Below, in pieces: positions 59,832 to 64,000 of a stretch of DNA of 64,000 nucleotides. Location of the stretch: positions 160,001 to 224,000 of the forward strand of contig CAVRCJ010000013.1 in NCBI GenBank assembly GCA_963719515.1, given 5' to 3'. The position numbers were made by a program, and so were the translations under genes. The notes under the pieces were generated by a model. The model saw only the letters and a program-made list of their open reading frames with translations, did not search any database and was not told the DNA's origin. The number at the start of each line of letters is the position of its first letter. Position 1 is the first letter of the stretch. This stretch comes from an uncultured cyanobacterium (lineage in GTDB: Bacteria; Cyanobacteriota; Cyanobacteriia; CAKZMO01).

Positions 59832-62800
59832 ATGACGAGTCAACTGCCTCAAAAATTTGTCGAGGGCGAGCAAAACCAGTTTTTGGGAGTCCCCACCAAC
59901 GGTTACCATCAAACAACTGTACCAATGCGTGTTGAGCCCACCCCTCAACCTCGTAGAAGTACGTCAAAGTTCCAGTGGTTTTACGACCTTCCGGTTCGAC
60001 AAAAGCAGCTGGGTGGGTTGTTTACGTCTGAAGTGATCTCCGTCTTGGGTTTGATGGGGGTCGGAACCTATCTAATCGTCTCAGGCGGACGGGCACAGCT
60101 GCTCAATCAGTCTGAGGCAGAGCTGGCGGTCAATGATATCGCCTACAACATCAAGATCAACCAGATGGGATTTGGCTTTCGAGGCCAAGCTGATAACGCG
60201 GCTATTATTAACGCCGCTATTCAGGCCGCAGGGAGTAATACGGTTCCACCCGAAGCGCTTGCCCAAGTTGAGGGCATTCTCCAAAATGAGATCAAGGCGC
60301 GAAATATTGAGTATGCAACGCTCGTTGGCCCCGATCGCCGCATTATTGCCAGCGCCAATGCTAATCGGCGGGGAGAGGAGTTTGATCCAGAAGGGCTCGT
60401 CAGCAGCGTCTTGGGAAATCCCCAGCAGATCAAGACTAGCGCCATTGTGGGTTGGGAAGAGCTGCAACGAGAGAACCCACCCCTTCCAGAAGGCTTTAGT
60501 GGCCAAGATGCGCTGATTCGCTATACCTTTACGCCAGTCGTAGATCCCAACAGTCAGGCTGTAATCGGTGCGCTTGTTTCCGGCGACATTGTCAACAACA
60601 AGTCTGCAATTCCCCAAAGCACTCTAGAGGCGTTTGACAGCGGCTATAGCGCGGTTTACATGCGCCAGGCCAACGGCACCTATACCTTGGCCAGCTCTCT
60701 AGATATGGCCGGGGCAGCGGATGTCCAGCAGTCTACCGTCAACGTACCGCTGCCTGAGCCCTCCATTCTAGAATGGGCCACAGAGGCTGCGGGTAGCGTC
60801 GTGACAGACAGGACAACCATTGGCGATAACACCTACACCGTTGCCGCTGAGGCTATCAGCAATTTCAACGGTGAACCCGTAGCGGTGATTGTACGAGGAA
60901 CGGCGGAAGACTCCCTCAATACCCTGCTGGGCAACAGCCTCAAAATTCAGCTGCTGATTGCAGCGATCGCCCTTGCTGCCGACGTGGTGCTGGCGACGCT
61001 GCTGGGCCGCAGCATCGTTGCCCCGATTTCGCGACTCAAACGGGTGACCAGTCGCTTTACCGAGGGCGATCGCAACGCCCGGGCCGATGTCCAATCGCGA
61101 GACGAAATTGGTCAGCTGGCCGGTACGTTCAACCAGCTCGCCGACCAAATCGAGCTGCGAGAAGGGAGCTTGGTGGCAGAACAGCAGCGGCAGCAACAGG
61201 CGGCAGAGCGCTCACGAATGCTCTCAGACTTGACCCTGCGTATCCGCCGAACCCTCGACTTCGACACGATTCTGGCGACCTCCGTCGAGGGCATTCGCGA
61301 GGTGCTTGCGACAGATCGGACGCTGATCTATCGGTTTAACCCTGATCTGAAGAGTGGCTATGTTTCGGCGGAGTCCGTGGGGCGCGGCTGGAAGCGGGCC
61401 AAAGGACAAACCATCGAAGATCCGCTCACGCCGGAGGCGCTAGATCGCTACTACAGCGGGATTGTCTCTGTTCGAGAAAATGTACAAGAAGATGAGGTCA
61501 GCACCTGCCACTGCAGCATTCTTGACGACCTAGACGTCAAAGCCAACATGGTGGCTCCGATTCTAATTGGTGATGAGCTGATTGCCCTACTGTGCGTTCA
61601 CCAATGTTCTGGCCCTCGCGCCTGGGATGACGGCGAGAAAGACCTGCTGCAGCAGGTCTCAGCTCAGATTGGCTATGCCCTGCGACAGGCTCAGTTCCTA
61701 GAGCAGCAGGAAGGGGCTGCCGAGCGAGAGCGCACCCTCAACGAAATCGTCTCGGAGATGCGCAGCTTTCTCGACAAAGACAGGATTTACCGCACCGTGG
61801 TCAATCAAACCCGCAAGGCTCTTGAGAGCGATCGCGTCGGCGTCTATCTCTTTAATGAGGACTGGTCTGGCAGCTTCATTGCTGAGTCGGTAGATGCTAA
61901 CTACCCAGCTGCTTTAGGGGCTCAAATCGCAGACCCCTGCTTTGCCGATAAGTACGTCGAGAAGTACCGTCGAGGACGGGTACAGGCCACACCTAATATT
62001 CACGAGGCCGGGTTAACTGAGTGTCATCTCAAGCAGCTCGAGCCCTTTGAGGTCAAGGCCAACATCGTCGCGCCTATTCTGATTGAGGAGAAACTCATTG
62101 GACTGCTCATTTCCCATCAGTGCTCTGCGCCGCGCGTTTGGACTGACGATGAGATCAGCCTGTTCCGCCAGGTGGCACTGCAGCTTGGGTTCGCCATAGA
62201 ACAGTCAGAGTTGTTCACCGAGCGAGAGCAAGCTCAGCAGTCCGCTGAAGTGCTGTTGGCTGAGCAGCAGCAGCGAGCAGAAGCCCTGCAAAAGCAGCTG
62301 GTAACCCTACTGGGAGAAGTTGAAGGCGCGGTCAGCGGTGACCTTACGGTACGCGCTGATGTGACCGCCGATGAAATCGGAATTGTGGCCGACTTCTTTA
62401 ACTCAATTGTGGAGAGCCTGCGTCAGGTCGTGATCAACGTGAAAGACGCAGCGACCCAGGTCAACAGCTCGCTGGGTGAGAACAGAGGTGCAATTGGTGA
62501 CCTAGCGGAGGCTGCCCTCAAACAGGCAGAAGACACCACCCGCACCCTAGACTCGGTGGAGCAAATGACCCAGTCGATTCAGGTGGTAGCCGCTAACGCT
62601 CAGCAGGCCGCGGTCGTTGCCCGTCAAGCGTCTGATACGGCTGCGTCAGGAGAGGCGGCTATCGACTCCACAGTGCAAAATATTCTCAGCCTGCGGGATA
62701 CGATTTCAGAGACGGCAAAGAAAGTGAAGCGGCTGGGTGAGTCTTCCCAGCAGATCTCTAAGGTGGTCTCGCTGATCAATCAGATTGCGCTACAGACTAA

Positions 62801-63275
62801 TCTGCTGGCCATCAACGCCGGAATTGAGGCGGCTCGCGCCGGTGAAGAAGGACAGGGCTTTGCGGTAGTCGCAGAAGAGGTCGGGGAGCTTGCAGCCCGC
62901 TCTGCTACAGCGACCCAGGAGATTGAAAAAATTGTGGAGACGATTCAGCTGGAAACCAGTCAGGTGGTCTCGGCCATGGAGGAGAGCACGACGCAGGTGG
63001 TGGAAGGCACCCAGCTGGTGGAAGGGGCTAAGCGCAGCTTGAACCAGATTTTGGCGGTGTCTCAGCAGATTGACCAGCTGGTGCAGTCGATTTCAGCAGC
63101 TACGGTCTCGCAGGCTGAAACCTCTGAAGCGGTCTCCCAGCTCATGCGTCAGGTCGTGAATGTTTCAGAGCAAACCTCCACATCGTCGCGCCAAGTCTCC
63201 CTCTCGATTCAAGAAACCGTGAACATTGCCCAGGAGCTACAGGTCTCTGTAGGTACCTTCAAGGTCAGCTCATAG
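59832..63275 (+). CDS. Methyl-accepting photoreceptor with two cyanobacteriochrome GAF domains, PixJ-like
   Basis: TM-periplasmic-TM-HAMP, two GAFs (second with DPCF and CH), MCP hairpin [30 protein letters not shown]. Confidence 0.92.
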   Translation: MTSQLPQKFVEGEQNQFLGVPTNGYHQTTVPMRVEPTPQPRRSTSKFQWFYDLPVRQKQLGGLFTSEVISVLGLMGVGTYLIVSGGRAQLLNQSEAELAVNDIAYNIKINQMGFGFRGQADNAAIINAAIQAAGSNTVPPEALAQVEGILQNEIKARNIEYATLVGPDRRIIASANANRRGEEFDPEGLVSSVLGNPQQIKTSAIVGWEELQRENPPLPEGFSGQDALIRYTFTPVVDPNSQAVIGALVSGDIVNNKSAIPQSTLEAFDSGYSAVYMRQANGTYTLASSLDMAGAADVQQSTVNVPLPEPSILEWATEAAGSVVTDRTTIGDNTYTVAAEAISNFNGEPVAVIVRGTAEDSLNTLLGNSLKIQLLIAAIALAADVVLATLLGRSIVAPISRLKRVTSRFTEGDRNARADVQSRDEIGQLAGTFNQLADQIELREGSLVAEQQRQQQAAERSRMLSDLTLRIRRTLDFDTILATSVEGIREVLATDRTLIYRFNPDLKSGYVSAESVGRGWKRAKGQTIEDPLTPEALDRYYSGIVSVRENVQEDEVSTCHCSILDDLDVKANMVAPILIGDELIALLCVHQCSGPRAWDDGEKDLLQQVSAQIGYALRQAQFLEQQEGAAERERTLNEIVSEMRSFLDKDRIYRTVVNQTRKALESDRVGVYLFNEDWSGSFIAESVDANYPAALGAQIADPCFADKYVEKYRRGRVQATPNIHEAGLTECHLKQLEPFEVKANIVAPILIEEKLIGLLISHQCSAPRVWTDDEISLFRQVALQLGFAIEQSELFTEREQAQQSAEVLLAEQQQRAEALQKQLVTLLGEVEGAVSGDLTVRADVTADEIGIVADFFNSIVESLRQVVINVKDAATQVNSSLGENRGAIGDLAEAALKQAEDTTRTLDSVEQMTQSIQVVAANAQQAAVVARQASDTAASGEAAIDSTVQNILSLRDTISETAKKVKRLGESSQQISKVVSLINQIALQTNLLAINAGIEAARAGEEGQGFAVVAEEVGELAARSATATQEIEKIVETIQLETSQVVSAMEESTTQVVEGTQLVEGAKRSLNQILAVSQQIDQLVQSISAATVSQAETSEAVSQLMRQVVNVSEQTSTSSRQVSLSIQETVNIAQELQVSVGTFKVSS

Positions 63276-63389
63276 GCCTTGGGAGCCCATCTGCCGCTGA
63301 CAATAGGGTCTACCGCTTGCCAAAGACAGGGGTATTGAGCCTATTGTCGGCCCCAATAAGCCGTTGCCATTACGTCGGAGTTGTGACCT

Positions 63390-64000
63390 ATGTCTGATAA
63401 GGAACTCGAAATCCGCTACCAGTTTCTGGACGAAGCCCAAGACTATCTCGATAATCTCGAAAACTCTCTGCTGGGGATCGCCAGCGGTGGGGTCAACGTT
63501 CAGGCTATCAATTCGGCTATGCGGTCGGCTCACTCGATCAAGGGCGGGGCCGGCATGATGGGATTTCAGCTGCTCAACCAGCTATCCCACCGCCTTGAGG
63601 ATGGTCTCAAGGTGCTGAAGATTCAAAAGCACGCGGTCGATATCAACGCTGAACTAGAGCAGCAGCTCCTCTCGGCGGTTGATGCGCTACGCCGCATTGC
63701 CGAAAGCGATCGCCAAGGAATCCTCGTTGATTCAGCCTGGTTGGAAACCCAAGTGCTGCCTCTGTTTGACCAGCTGTACGACCGCCTTGGCGAGCCGCAA
63801 GAGGAAGATGCAGCCTCTATTTTGTCGCCTGAGGACAACCAAGATATTGTTCCGCTCCTGTTTCAAACGGAAGTTGAAGGCTGTCTAGAGCGCCTGGAGG
63901 GTGTCCTGGCGGGCGATCGCCACTGCCTTTATGAAGAAACCGAAATTTTGGCCCAAGAGCTAGGGGCGCTGGGAGAAATGCTGCAGCTGCCGGCGTTCTC
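63390..64000 (+). CDS. CheA-like kinase, PixL-like (Hpt domain; runs off the window)
   Basis: Hand translation MSDKELEIRYQFLDEAQDYL...MRSAHSIKGGAGMMGF. Confidence 0.88.
   Translation, partial: MSDKELEIRYQFLDEAQDYLDNLENSLLGIASGGVNVQAINSAMRSAHSIKGGAGMMGFQLLNQLSHRLEDGLKVLKIQKHAVDINAELEQQLLSAVDALRRIAESDRQGILVDSAWLETQVLPLFDQLYDRLGEPQEEDAASILSPEDNQDIVPLLFQTEVEGCLERLEGVLAGDRHCLYEETEILAQELGALGEMLQLPAF

Larger units (their letters stand above)
1..64000. repeat. HIP1 octamer GCGATCGC dispersed across the window
   Basis: Dozens of copies seen (e.g. at 8701, 14613, 24008); not counted exactly; a cyanobacterial hallmark. Confidence 0.9.

Overview
Chromosomal window from a GC-rich cyanobacterium. The HIP1 octamer GCGATCGC recurs throughout, and the gene content looks Leptolyngbya/Nodosilinea-like (inference). 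In order: (1) a Wzm/Wzt surface-polysaccharide cluster with five glycosyltransferases, plus a divergent AT-richer membrane-protein gene interrupted by an in-frame stop; (2) the rimP-nusA-ylxR-infB operon, interrupted by a complete TnpB-only IS200/IS605-family element with recognisable ends, TAM and omega-RNA; (3) an alpha/beta hydrolase, recF, a Ca/Na antiporter and a GDSL-RTX lipase; (4) a co-oriented HNH nuclease, radical SAM and TPR-CHAT protease trio; (5) a hybrid histidine kinase divergent from an HTH-REC-degenerate-GGDEF regulator; (6) rplU-rpmA; (7) an orphan A-T-KS-AT-DH-ER-KR-ACP hybrid PKS with a McyG-like loading domain, split by a +1 frameshift and lacking a release domain; (8) two pentapeptide-repeat genes; (9) a bcsZ-bcsB-bcsA cellulose cluster in which bcsB is cut off from its signal peptide by a 1-nt deletion inside a 15-bp tandem repeat; (10) a pix/tax phototaxis operon whose MCP carries one DXCF and one atypical cyanobacteriochrome GAF. 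No CRISPR array, rRNA or tRNA was seen. All calls come from reading motifs by eye; no database searches were run.
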